From: Heteronotia binoei
Lineage: Eukaryota
Direction: 5' to 3'
Length of the DNA stretch: 64,000 nt
Assembly (NCBI RefSeq): GCF_032191835.1
Contig: NC_083237.1
Coordinates: 22,816,001 to 22,880,000 of the forward strand
Shown piece after piece: positions 21,701-32,520 of this stretch. The position numbers and the translations under genes are program-made. Each line of letters starts with the position of its first letter. Positions within the stretch are counted from its first letter, which is position 1. Below the pieces are notes generated by a model. That model saw only the letters and a program-made list of their open reading frames with translations, was not told the DNA's origin and ran no database searches.

Positions 21701-23033
21701 AACACGGCTGCCCACCTGGGTCATTCTGTTACAATGCATCCCTGTTCCTTCATTTAAAAAATGTCCTCCCAAACAGTTATCATTTGCCAAAAGTGGGGGA
21801 GCCTTCCTGGCCGCTTTAGGCAGGCTATTCCAGAGGAGGGGGCACGACAGAGAATGAGCATGTATGGGCACTTGTTGATCTTGCCTGCTGGCAGGGTGGC
21901 ACCTGCAGAAGACCCTGCTCAGGTGAGTGCATTTGTTGTGGTGGGGATAGGAGGATAGGTAGTATGCATCTGTTGTAGTCATACACCGCTGGCTGAGAAA
22001 GGGAAGGGTGTCTCACTTATGTCAAGAGTGACCTGGAATTTGCACCTGGGTCTTTTAAGGGCCTTTTCACACATTGCATAGTGACCCCCCCCCACCCCCA
22101 GCCAGAGTTGCAGTCCCGGCTCCTCACCAAGGGTGCATTTGCAAATGTTTAGTTCTCATACTGTTTATCCTCACTTGTTTGCTCTTTTATATTTTCAATT
22201 TGCACTTAAACTAAACTACATTAGGCATATATGTGTAAAAAAATCGCATCAGCTGCAGGCAGAATGGAAGCAGCTGGTGCATGAAGGAGAAGTGATTCAT
22301 TCCTGAGGGCCTTCTCCAGAGCAATCTCTTGAACAAAACAAAACAGACTTGCAGTAGGTCTCATTCAGTGTGACAAATGCATGCTTATCTCACTGCACCT
22401 ATCATTGATGGGCATCTGCCACTCATTTTCATGTACCAAGATGGACACCATCTGTCCCAGTGTGCACATTTCCCTGTAGCAGTCACCTGGGAAGCCTCTA
22501 ACATACAGGCAAAAGTTCTCAATAGCATTTGGGAAACCCACCTGGTACTCGTCCAGTTCGTCCAAGTCGATGTTGTCATCCTCCAGCCACGCTTTTTGGT
22601 TATGACAGTAGACTTTCACGTGCGCCTCTTCCACAGCCTCCAGATCCACGAGTATTTTGGTGCCCCAGCGGTGTAGGGGCACCCCCTCGTCATGGAACAT
22701 GTAGGTCGGAAGCCTCTGTTCCAGGTGGCTTGGCTGTTTGGCGAGCTCCCCACTTACAAGGGCCAGCTTCGGGTTAAATCTTACTGGGATGAGGAAGTCA
22801 AAATTGGTGGACCCGTCTTCTGGCTGGAGATGAAGTCCTTCCCTGTAGCTGCCCACCGAGATGGGGCTTTGGGGGTACAACCCGGTACTGGACTGGTAAG
22901 CCCATTTCACTATCGAGTCCACCAAGGTCTCCACTGTGGAGAAAGCCTCTTGCACTGTCTGGTCCTTGTCCCCAGAAAGGAAGACGTGGCTGGCATAGAA
23001 CTGCTGCAGACGTCTCTCTGACTCCCCGCTCAT
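15739..23033 (-). CDS. Uncharacterised Mab-21 / cGAS-like (cGLR-fold) nucleotidyltransferase-family protein, 466 aa
   Basis: Exons (minus) 23033-22542, 20705-20624, 19076-18812, 17483-17333, 16149-15739. All are GT-AG, phases 0/1/2/0, 1401 nt open. Mab-21 motifs: VGSYREGL...NFDFLIPV, LDPVQTLTNF, SVKLVPAI, ELVAK...FWRLSFSHPE..LL, DADGGQRRAALRLLK, SSYHLKTLLLWCCE, LPHYFLRPVNLF. In-frame stop upstream of the ATG. PolyA signal (minus) 15487-15492. Confidence 0.88.
16385..16710. mobile_element. CR1 3'-end fragment (minus) interrupted by a 5'-truncated Squam3-like SINE (16416-16645, plus)
   Basis: catagagtgggaagggacctccagggtc | SINE | atctagtccaaccccctgcacaatgcagg rejoins to a contiguous CR1 tail. 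Confidence 0.75.
17719..17960. mobile_element. hAT MITE family A
   Basis: cagggatggccaaactgtggctc ... aagtttggccacccctg. Confidence 0.75.
19372..19580 (+). mobile_element. tRNA(Ala)-derived short SINE
   Basis: tggctcaagaggcagagcatctgcttgggatgcagaaggtccctggttcaatccctgccatctcca head plus a body shared with copies at about 31955, 52015, 55050 and 61850. Confidence 0.75.
21260..21720. mobile_element. Penelope-like element terminus (inverted arrangement) with a nested full-length Squam3-like SINE at 21385-21657
   Basis: gactccagtggtacctttaagacc...aagctt.. / ..gaaagcttacaccttgaataaaacttctgttggt [SINE] aaggtgccactggactc. Family assignment is from recalled reptile PLE ends. Confidence 0.6.
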
Positions 23034-23399
23034 GTTAGTGGTCCCCTGAAAAGCCTTCTTGTTCGGCTTTGTTTTTCTCTGGCTCTGCTTCCTCTCCACT
23101 TTCGCTTTCCCTCTCGGTCAACCCCTCCTCCCCAGGCCGTTTAGTCACTGAGTCTTTCAGCTTTGCCAGCTGCTTGGAAAAACCCCAGCAGGGAAGTTTT
23201 TGCAAAGTGCTCAGCTGGTGACAGGCAAAGGAAAGGCGCGGATTCCAGAAGATCTTCCCTGCTGCTCCTCTGATAAATACCAGGAAGTTAAAAAGGAGAA
23301 TCCAAACAACCCTTCTGGCAGCAATGGGAGCTGTTCCTGGATTTCCTCAGGATCTTTTATGGAAAGGGAAAGCAGTTTAGCCTTCCCTGCCTTTGAGGT

Positions 23400-23401
<2 letters not shown>

Positions 23402-23431
<30 letters not shown>

Positions 23432-23432
23432 G
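23402..23432. repeat. (GT)n microsatellite
   Basis: Run of gt dinucleotides. Confidence 0.9.
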
Positions 23433-23439
23433 TGGAGAG

Positions 23440-23637
23440 CAGGTTGCCAACCTCCAGGTGGGGCCCGGAGATCTCCTGGAATTACAGAGATTTGTCCCCT
23501 TCGAGGTAATGGCTGCTTTGGAGGGTGGACTCCCTGGCGTTATACCCTGCTGACTTCCCTCTCCCCCTCCCAACCTGCCCTCTACAGGCTTCACCCCTAA
23601 ATCCTCAGGACTTTCCCAGTTCAGAGTTGGCAACGCT
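23440..23637. mobile_element. hAT/Tip100-like MITE (AGGTTGCCA termini)
   Basis: aggttgccaacctccaggtggggcc...gagttggcaac; family recurs at about 27010, 37880, 63290 and 63644. Confidence 0.7.
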
Positions 23638-23816
23638 AATTAAAGCAGCCGGAGCCGGCTATTTCCCATGTGAGCAGCTGAAACTTGGCTCTGATCCCCG
23701 TGTGGCACAGAAAGAGGTCACAGAATGGACTGCACTATTTTGTTGTCTGTGGATTAATCACCTTTTTGAAATTTATCATTTAAAATGTTAATTGCATCAA
23801 GAATCACCTTTTAACA

Positions 23817-24620
23817 CAGGGGTGTCAAGCAATGTTTCCTCTAAGCTGCAGTCTTGTGAGCAGAAATTTTACTTTGTGAGCTACTGGCATTAAAGTTCTG
23901 GAGCTGCTGCATAAATCAGTGTGCTCTGGGGTCATCCTTCCTGAGCTAAGACAAAAATGTGTGAGCTGGAGGCTAAAAATCTGTGAGCTAGCTCACTCTA
24001 ACTCAGCTTAGTGGGAACACTGGTGTCACACATGCGGCCCGGGGGCTGAATCAGGCCCCCAGAGGGCTCCTATCAGGCCCACGAGCACTGGCTGCTATCT
24101 GCTTCCTTCTCTCTCTCTCTTGCCTTCTTCTGCATAACAGCTTGCTTTGCAAGGCTTGATCAATCGCACAGGAGCTACAGAGCAAAACCTCTGTTTTCTC
24201 CATTGGCTGAGGCTCCTCCCTTGGGGAGGAAGGGGGGAGGCAGAGTTTGCTTTGCCAGGCTCTCTCAATCGCACAGTGGAGTTATTGAGCCAAGCCTCTT
24301 TTCCTTCTGTTGATTGAATCTCCCCCTCCTGGTCCCCTGGAAAAGGAAGGAAAGAACCAGAGCTTCCTTTGCCCAGTTCCCTGAATCCCATGGGAGAAAT
24401 ACAGAGAAAGCACCTTTAAGAGCGAGTGCTGTTTCAAGCATGTTTTAAGTTTTTTTTCTTAAAAATCTAATTGTGTTTGTCTGTGTCCTTTATGAAGTTT
24501 ATGCCTCTGCTACCTGATCTTAAATAGGTACGCACATGGCCCGGGCAGACATGGCCCGGCTCAACAAGCTCTCATTTATGTCAGAACTGGCCCTCATAAC
24601 AAATGAGTTCGACACCCCTG
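23817..24620. mobile_element. hAT MITE family B with a second MITE nested at about 23833-24022
   Basis: caggggtgtca ... gttcgacacccctg; internal tgtttcctctaagctg...cagcttagtgggaacactg inverted termini. Confidence 0.65.
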
Positions 24621-24625
24621 TTTTA

Positions 24626-24803
24626 CAGGGCTTTTTTTGCAGCAGGAACTCTTTGCATATTGGGCCACACACCCCTGATGTAGCCTATCCTCCAAGAGCT
24701 TAGAGGGCTCTTAATACAGGGCTTACTGTAAGCTCCAGGAGGATTGGCTACATCAGGGGTGTGTGGCCTAATATGCAAAGGAGTTCCTGCTACAAAAAAG
24801 CCA
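24626..24803. mobile_element. Palindromic MITE
   Basis: Same family as 10316-10500. Confidence 0.75.
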
Positions 24804-25347
24804 TGCCTTTTAAAAATGCGTTATTTGTATCAAGAATTGTATTGATTCTTACTCAAAGCAAAATCCTGGCTTTCTTCCCCCTCCTTAGAGCAGGAGGTGA
24901 TTTACAAAACCCACAATGAAATGACAGCCTCCACCCTAGACTGATGCTTGGCTTGGAACCTTGAAATGTTTTGTGGAACCTCCTTGCTGTTTGTCATTGG
25001 CTGAAGCGTGCAGGGCAGCCATTTTACGATTCGTCCCGCTCCACGTGGCAGCCGTTATGTTGTGATGCCCACTGCCTTTTCTCAATGTTCCAAAAATGCT
25101 GTCAGGATCAATACTGAGCTAGATGAATTGACGGCTGTATTATAAGGGCACCAGTTCCTATTCTCTATACTACTAGATTCGTCTTCTTTCCTATATCCCT
25201 ACAATGAAGACAGGAAGGGCCATCCCTTGTTTAATTTGGGTTATTTTATTGACTCATTATTTTTATTTGATTGAAGGGACAATGATAATAGGATTTTGGT
25301 GACTACTAGGAGTGGGGCACGGAGAAGGAAGATGATGTCCTTGCAAT

Positions 25348-28300
25348 TTATGGTTCCATGTCCCAGTGGAACCCGATGGCATCGACTGAAGACCCTGAAC
25401 GGCCGCTGACAGAACGCAAAACCATGTTTGGGAATGAAGGCTCTGCAGTAAAGAAGGTCCCTGGGCCGAAGCTGGGTCCAAAGGCAAAGATGCGGCCTTG
25501 GTTGGTGCGGAGGGCGAGATATTCCACGTGGCTTCCAAAACGGCCCAAGACCTGGATGATCCCCTCTCCGAGGAAGAGCCGGACGTTGGCTGGGCTGCCC
25601 ACCAGGCCTCCTTCAGTGTTGGACCAGGAGTCTCCATAGCGAACCTGGATGCTAAGTGAGTAAAGGAAAAGATGATGTGATTTCGGGCAGCTTTCTTTTG
25701 GTTCTAGTATCACAATGGAGAGGGATAGGGACAAAACCAGAATTGGTGGGCTTTACTTATCATTGGCTCTGGCTCTTTCTACCGTTGACTAACCCTCTGT
25801 CTGCCCCATCAGTCCTCCTGGGTACCAGTGACCATAACTCCCAACCACCCCTCTTCTGGAGGGTCCTGACATATGCGCCCTCCAAGGTCTTACCTTACAA
25901 TATATCTGTCATTAGATCTTATCCTCAAGCCTGTAATGGGACCCTCCGGCTCATGATCCGATTGGTCAAAATGGCTCCCGGCGTCACTTCCAAATTCTCC
26001 AGAGTAAGAGGCAGAGGTCCTTGCCTGGGCTGGATTCATAGAGGGAAGACTGCCGGTTATTCAGTCATCTGCAGCTCTCTCTCTCTCTCCTGAGTAGACT
26101 CTAACTTAACAGGAGTGTCAAACTAGTTTGTTGTGAGGACCGGATCTGACATAAATGAGACCTTGTTAGGCTGGGCCATGTGTGTACCTGTTTAAGATTA
26201 GGTTGCAGAGATATAAACTTTATAAAGGACACAAACACAATTAAAGGGTTTTTTTTTTAAAAAAAACTTAAAACATGATTAAAACATTAGCACTCATTGG
26301 TCTTAAAGATGCTTTCTTTGTATTTTTCCCATGGGATCCAGGGAACTGGGCAGAGGAAGCTCTGGCTCTTTCCTTCCTTCCCCAGGCGGGGGAGGCGCCT
26401 CAGCCAATAGAAGGAAGAGAAGCTTTGCTCAGTAGGTCTGCTGTGTGATGGAGAGACCCTGGCAAAGCAAACTCTGCCTTACCCCCCCCCCCATCTTCCT
26501 CTGTAGCTCCTGTGCAAGCCTGACAAAGGAAGCTGTGATGGAGAAGGAAGCAAGAGAGAGGGAGAAGGAAGCAGATGACAGCCAGTTGCTCAGGGGCCTG
26601 ATAGGAGCCCTCTGGAGGCCTGATTCGGCCCCTGGGCCAAATGTTTGACACCCCTTCTCTAACACATCCTTTTTCGCCTGCTTTTGCTGCCTGTGACTGG
26701 CCGTATATATATTAATCTTTAAAAGTTGTTGCACAATGACAGAATTGGATCTGTGGCTTCTCTGTAAAGCTGCCTTCCGGAAGTTTCTTTCTCTTGGGCC
26801 CATGTCCAGAGATGTTGTGGGGCACTGCCTAAGGGTACTTGGAGGGCAGGGGGGGATACTTCCTACCGACGTCAATGCTAAACTATGAAAAGTACTTTAA
26901 TAAGCGGTAATTACTTAATCCGGTGCCTGGGAGTGACTGCTGGCATGAACCAGGCCTGCCTGCCAGCCACTTTTTTAATGTCTTGCCATCAGAGGAGCCC
27001 TCCTCCCATAGGGTTGTCAACTCCAGTTTGGGAAATTCCTGGAGATTTGGGGGAGTGAAGCCCACGGAGAGCAGGGTTTGCGGGAAGACCTTAGCAATAT
27101 AAGATAGCATGCAGTCCCCCCTGCAAAGCAGCCATTTTCTCCAGGTGAGCTGACCTCTGATGTCTGCAGATGAATTTAAATTCTAGGAGGAGGAGGAGAG
27201 TTCGATTGATACCCTGCTCTTCACTGGGAGTCTCAGAGCAGCTTACAATCTCCTTCCCTTCCTCTCCCCACAACAGACACCTTTGTGAGGTAGGTGGGGC
27301 TGAGAGAGCTCTGAGAGGACTGTGACTGACTCAAATTCACCCAGCTGACTGCATGTGGAGGAGGAGGGGGGAATCAAACCCGGTTCTCTCAGATTAGAGT
27401 CCACTGCTCTTAACCAAACTGGCTGTAGTTCCACTGGAAGCTGTTGGCAATCATATGAAAGCTGTGCTGTTCACAGTGGCTTCATGTGGATATGCCAGAA
27501 AGGGGCGATATGTATCATAAGATAGAAACCTCTCCTGCTACCAGGGCTTTTTTTGAGCAGGAACACAGTTCTGGCCGGCTTGGTGTCAGGGGGTGTGGCC
27601 TAGTAGTATGCAACTGAGTTCCTGCTGGGCTTTTTCTACAAAAAAGCCCTGTGTGAAACAATGGTAATGTCAGGGGTGTGGCTGAATATGCAAATGAGTT
27701 CCTGCTGGGCTACTTTCTGTAGATCTGAGTTGCTGCAAAAGTCAGTGTGTGTGTGAGGGACAGCAGTATGAATAGGCTGCTGTGGGAGCCAACACACTCC
27801 CAGGGGAAATCTAATGCAGGTGAGGAGTAATTTTAAAAATGCACTGGAAGAAAGGAATGGGAGACAGAACAGAATGTGGTGGTGGCAGCTGCTGCCAAGT
27901 CAATGTCATTTTAATCTGCACATCCAGTCCAATCTCCACTGACCAATCAGAAGTTGCACCAGGCAAAAGCCACCTCTGTCCCCACCCCCTTTCCACTTGG
28001 CAAGAGCCAATAAGGTGTTGGTGAGTGTCATGGCACCCACGGGCACCAAACGGAGGACTAGTGGTATACGACATCCGTCTAGGCTCGAGCCCAGAGCTGC
28101 TGGTGCCCCATTCTTCAACTAGGCCTATTGAATATTTGTATGTTGGCCTCTGGGTATTCCTTACTGGTCTTAGGGGGCCTGAAAGATGTTGCACACTCAT
28201 GCAATCCTTGCTTCGGATGCACACTCCAGTGCTCCAGGTTGCAAACGGTCATGACCTTGCTAGGAGGGTTCTTGTTCCCTTGATGCACATTGCACTTTAT

Positions 28301-30124
28301 GGAGGGGCCAGAGCCCAGAGGGGAGAGCACATACAGTTTAAAAGATTTGGGGTTGCTGGTGATGGGAAAGCCCTGCCCGAGACTTTGGAAGGGCGCTGCC
28401 GGTTGACTGCACTGGGCTACATAGACCAATTGTCTGACTCAATAAAGGGAGCTTCACCGGTTTGCATGTTTTGTGGCAGTCAAGGCTGGCCCTAGAGCAG
28501 GAGTGGCCAAACTCCAGCTTGGGAGCCACATGTCACTCTTTCGCACATATTGTTTGCCTCTCAAAGCCCCCACTGCCTTGTTGGCCAGCTCCGAGAAGGC
28601 ATTTCTCTCTTTAAATCACTTATCCAAGCCAAGACAACTGGCGGCTGGTTGCTTTCTTTTCACCTCTCCTGCCTGACTGCCTGCCTGCCTTCCTTCCTTC
28701 CAGTTTGGTGTAGTGGTTAAGTGTGCGGACTCTTATCTGGGAGAACCGGGTTTGTTTCCCCACTCCTCCACTTGCACTTGCTGGAATGGCCTTTGGTCAG
28801 CCATAACTCTGGCAGAGGTTGTCCTTGAAAGGGCAGCTGCTGTGAGAGCCCTCTCAGCCCCACCCACCTCACAGGGTGTCTGTTGTGGGGGGAGAAGATA
28901 TAGGAGATTGTAAGCCACTCTGAGTCTCTGATTCAGAGAGAAGGGCGGGGTATAAATCTGCAATTCTTCTTCCTTCCTCTCTAAAACACCTGACATTCTT
29001 CTTTTGCAGCTCTCAAACACAGGACATTCATTTCACATGGCTCTTACATTAAGCAAGTTTGGCCGCCCCTGCCCTAGAATGTCTGGCACCCTAGGTAAGG
29101 CTAATTTTTGGTGCCCCCCCCCCACTGATAAAGTCACCAAGGCACATCGGGGCACCCAATCTGGTGCTCCCAGAAAGCCGGTGATCATCTAGTTTGCCTA
29201 GTGGCAGTAGGCTTTCCAACCCCCCCGCCCTGCTGGGGGACCCCTGAATTAGCAGCCTAATCCCCCGTTCTCTAAAAATCTGATAGTGGGGGTGGTGGAA
29301 CGGCGCAGTGTCTCTTTCCCTGCCTGGCTTCAGGCTTCTCCCTTCCTCCGAGTCACAAAGACCCGCCCACCGCCGGACTGCTATTCGCTCCAGTCCGGCC
29401 TCCCTTCACGAGGTGCATGCTGGGACTTGTAGTCCTTGCATCCACTCTGGCTGCTGGGTGGCATCTCCTCGGGGAGTCTGGACCATGTGCGTTTCTACCT
29501 CCGGAGGCTTCAGTCGCTGATTGAAAGGCTTCCTCTTGGGATGGTGTGTCTGTGTTACTTTGAAGAAGTTGGCAGCATCCCCGTCAGAGTCGTCAGAAAT
29601 GGGGGGTGGGGGGACACGTCTGCTGAGCATTATTCTCTATGTGGAGATTGATTCTCATAGGGTATAATGGGGAATTGATCTGGAGGTTTCGGGGGTTCTG
29701 GGGGAGCTGTTTTTTGAGGTAGAGGCACCAAATTTTCAGTATAGTATCTAGTGACTGTCCCCAAGGTATCTCCCAAGTTTCAAAACGATTGGACCAGGGG
29801 TCCCATTCTATGAGCCCCAAAAGAAGGTGCCCCTATCCTTCATTATTTCCTATGGAAGGAAGACATTTAAAAAGGTGTGTGGTTCCTTTAAATGTGATGG
29901 CCAGAACTCCCTTGGAGTTCAATTATGCTCGTCACACCCTTATTCCTGGCTCCACCCCAATGTCTCCTGGCTCCACCCCCAAAGTCCCCAGATATTTCTT
30001 GAATTGGAATTGGCAACCCTAAGTGGCAGGGCCGGCCCTGGTGGCAGATGCCCCTTCTGTGCTCCTTACCTGAAACATCAGATGCTCCTGCACAGAGGAA
30101 TGACAGGAGAAGCAGTGTCAGCAT
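25348..30124 (-). CDS. ZG16-like secreted jacalin-type lectin, 164 aa
   Basis: Exons (minus) 30124-30070 (signal peptide MLTLLLLSFLCAGASDVS), 26029-25894 (QARTSASYSGEFG...GPITGLRIR), 25651-25348 (IQVRYG...VLRSVSGRSGSSVDAIGFHWD). Same three-coding-exon layout as ZG16. ZG16 versus ZG16B orthology cannot be decided from sequence alone. Confidence 0.9.
26110..26652. mobile_element. hAT MITE family B
   Basis: caggagtgtcaaac ... tttgacaccc; colinear with 12946-13409. Confidence 0.75.
27190..27425 (-). mobile_element. Squam3-like SINE
   Basis: Reverse complement of the consensus. Confidence 0.7.
28481..30050. mobile_element. Nested transposon cluster in ZG16-like intron 1
   Basis: A GC-rich MITE hosts family-A MITE 28498-29071 (TSD ccctagag/ccctagaa), which hosts Squam3 SINE 28703-28975. 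It also hosts a Tip100-like element 29208-30021 (perfect TSD agtggcag). Confidence 0.8.
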
Positions 30125-31799
30125 CTTGGAGGGTGACGTACGGTGGCTCTGAAGGTGACAAAACAGTTAAGAGGGGCCTTCCCCATTATTCAGAAAACAA
30201 AGCAACTGAAATATCCTGTCTTCCCTTGACTCCGTAATGGCAGCCAGTTGCTAAACCAGAAGTACTTCAGGATAAGGAAAGAGGAATGTCTGTTTTGCTA
30301 TAATGAAAGGTACAACACTCATCCAAGGTCTTACCAAATCCAGATTGGGGAGCAGCAATGGGACAATTTCCCTTCTCATAAATGATGCTTAAATATAATT
30401 CTTAGTTATTGGGGGTAACACAGGGCTTTCTTTGTTGCAGGAACTCCTTTGCATATTAGGCCACACACCCCAATGTAGCCAATCCTCCAAGAGCTTACAG
30501 GACTCTTAGCACAGGGCCTACTGTAAGCTCCAGGAGGATTGACTACATCGGGTGCGACAAAAAAACCCCTGGGGGCAGGTAATACTTGGGATTGTAAATG
30601 TTTGAATTTTGGCTATGTCATTTGGCTTTAAGGTGCCGGCATAAAAGCTACAGGCATAAGAGTTCTAAAAACAAAGCTAAAGAATCACAAAAAAAGCCCC
30701 ATAAACGCTTTCAGCCGCTTATCAATAACGCAGCGTTTGAAAGCGAAAACTAGATTCCTTTCAGAACAGTCTTGATTCCCTCTCCCCTCATAGTCAGGAA
30801 AGTATTTACTTAAATGTAAGACTAAGTCCCTCCCCCCAGGTATGCCACAGAAAGGCAGTTGTCTTAAATCTGCATGCAAGTTACAGTTATGTCCAATACT
30901 AAAACATGTTTTGGGTATATCCTTTTTTGGAAGAGGATCACCTTACATTCAGGATTGTTTTCCTTGGAAGCAATAAGTGTCTTCTGCTTCTCAAGATTTG
31001 GGAATCAGTGAGCTTCTAAGGGTACGAAAGGGAAAGGCTGTCTTCCTTTTGAGTACCCTGTTTCTGCAGCACCACAATCTTACTTACCTTCCTGAGGGAA
31101 TGCATCTGGCAATCAAAGCACAAATCAGAGAGGTCTTTCCCTGGGGCGCCTGTTGTTTCGGGAGGTACAGGAAAGTGTTTCAGCTAATCAAAAGGGCTGC
31201 TTTCAGTACTGATAGCTCCCAAAGGAAACACGGCCCTTGTCTTTGAGAAAGTGGCTCCGATTGGTCGGGCAGCAGACTCGGTAACTTTTGGGGGAAGGGT
31301 TATCATCTTACCTGTCATTGGCAAGGGGCAAACTAACAGTCCTTCTATTGTGGTCTAATATTTCATACTCCTGGGCAACGTTCAAAGAGGAGCATTCGGA
31401 TCCAGAAGTCATAACCAACTGGGCAAAAGATCCCACTGTTATGTTTTCGACCTGTGGGGAGGGGGTGAAAATGTGGGTAACTCCTGCAAGTCCTTGCAAG
31501 TCAAAAAGAGAACTATTCAGGTAGAACATCAGTCTGAGATCACAGCCCCAAGTTTTTCGAGGGCGTTTTGTTGGCTGCATTTCTTTATGTCAGTCAGCTG
31601 CTAAAAGGTGCAGGAATGAGACTGGGGGAAAGACAGCCCTCTACAAGGGGCCAGCTATAGTAACCCACCAGTTGTTCTTCCACTGGCCTTTCTTCTGTGC
31701 CTTTAACTGAAACTGGCATCCTGAAACAGCAGGGATTCCTTCCCACCCCCTCCCACTGCACCAAGGTAAAATGATGGGGAAAAGTGTAATTTTTGCTAA

Positions 31800-31945
31800 A
31801 GGTACACATACCCGGCTTGCTGGGGGTAAAATGTAGATGACTGGGGAAGGCAATGGCAAACCACCCTGTAAAAAGTCTGCCAAGAAAACATTGAGATGGG
31901 ACGTCACCTCATGGGTCGGTAACAACTCAGTGCTTGCACCTTTTT
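31800..31945 (+). mobile_element. Sauria SINE 3' part
   Basis: gcttgctgggggtaaaatgtagatgactggggaaggcaatggcaaaccacc. Confidence 0.7.
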
Positions 31946-32129
31946 ACACATAGACACACAGTTGCCTTATACTAAATCAGATCACTGGTCCATCAAAGTC
32001 AGTATTCAGATCACACACACACACATCTTCCACATCACTTGCTACCTGATCCTTTCAGCTAGAGATTTTGGGGATTGAACCTGGGACCTTCTGCCTGCCA
32101 AGCAAATATTTTACCACTCCGAGCTATGC

Positions 32130-32520
32130 CCTCTCCCCCAAGAGGAGCAATGGACAATGAAGAAAACTGACAAAACAGAATCGATTCCTTTGAAATGCAG
32201 CGTTGAAGGAGAGCTTTAGGAGTACTGTGGACTGTCAAAATGACAAATCAGTGGTTCTAGACCAAATCAAACCTCAACTCTCCTTAGAAGTTAACTTTAC
32301 TAAACTGAGGCGTTCAGCCTTGGTTCACATAATGAGAAGACAAGAGTCACTGGAAAAGATAATAGTGGTAGGAGAAATTGAAGGCAGTAGGAAAACAGGA
32401 AGGGCCAATGTGAGACGGATGGACTCTGTAAAGGAAGCCACCGTTTGCAAGACCTTAGCAAGGCTCTCAAGGACTGGACATTTTGAAGGTCATTAAATTC
32501 ATCGGGTCGTAGTCGCTTGG
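32130..32520 (+). mobile_element. RTE/BovB-like LINE 3' fragment
   Basis: aatcgattcctttgaaatg...gtactgtggactg...ctagaccaaatcaaacct...gagtcactggaaaagataatagtggtagg. Confidence 0.7.

Noticed and set aside
23034-23099. GTG-initiated N-terminal extension (MERKQSQ...) of the Mab-21-like ORF
   Set aside because: It starts at GTG just after an in-frame stop; the ATG at 23033 has an A at -3 and is the more plausible start.
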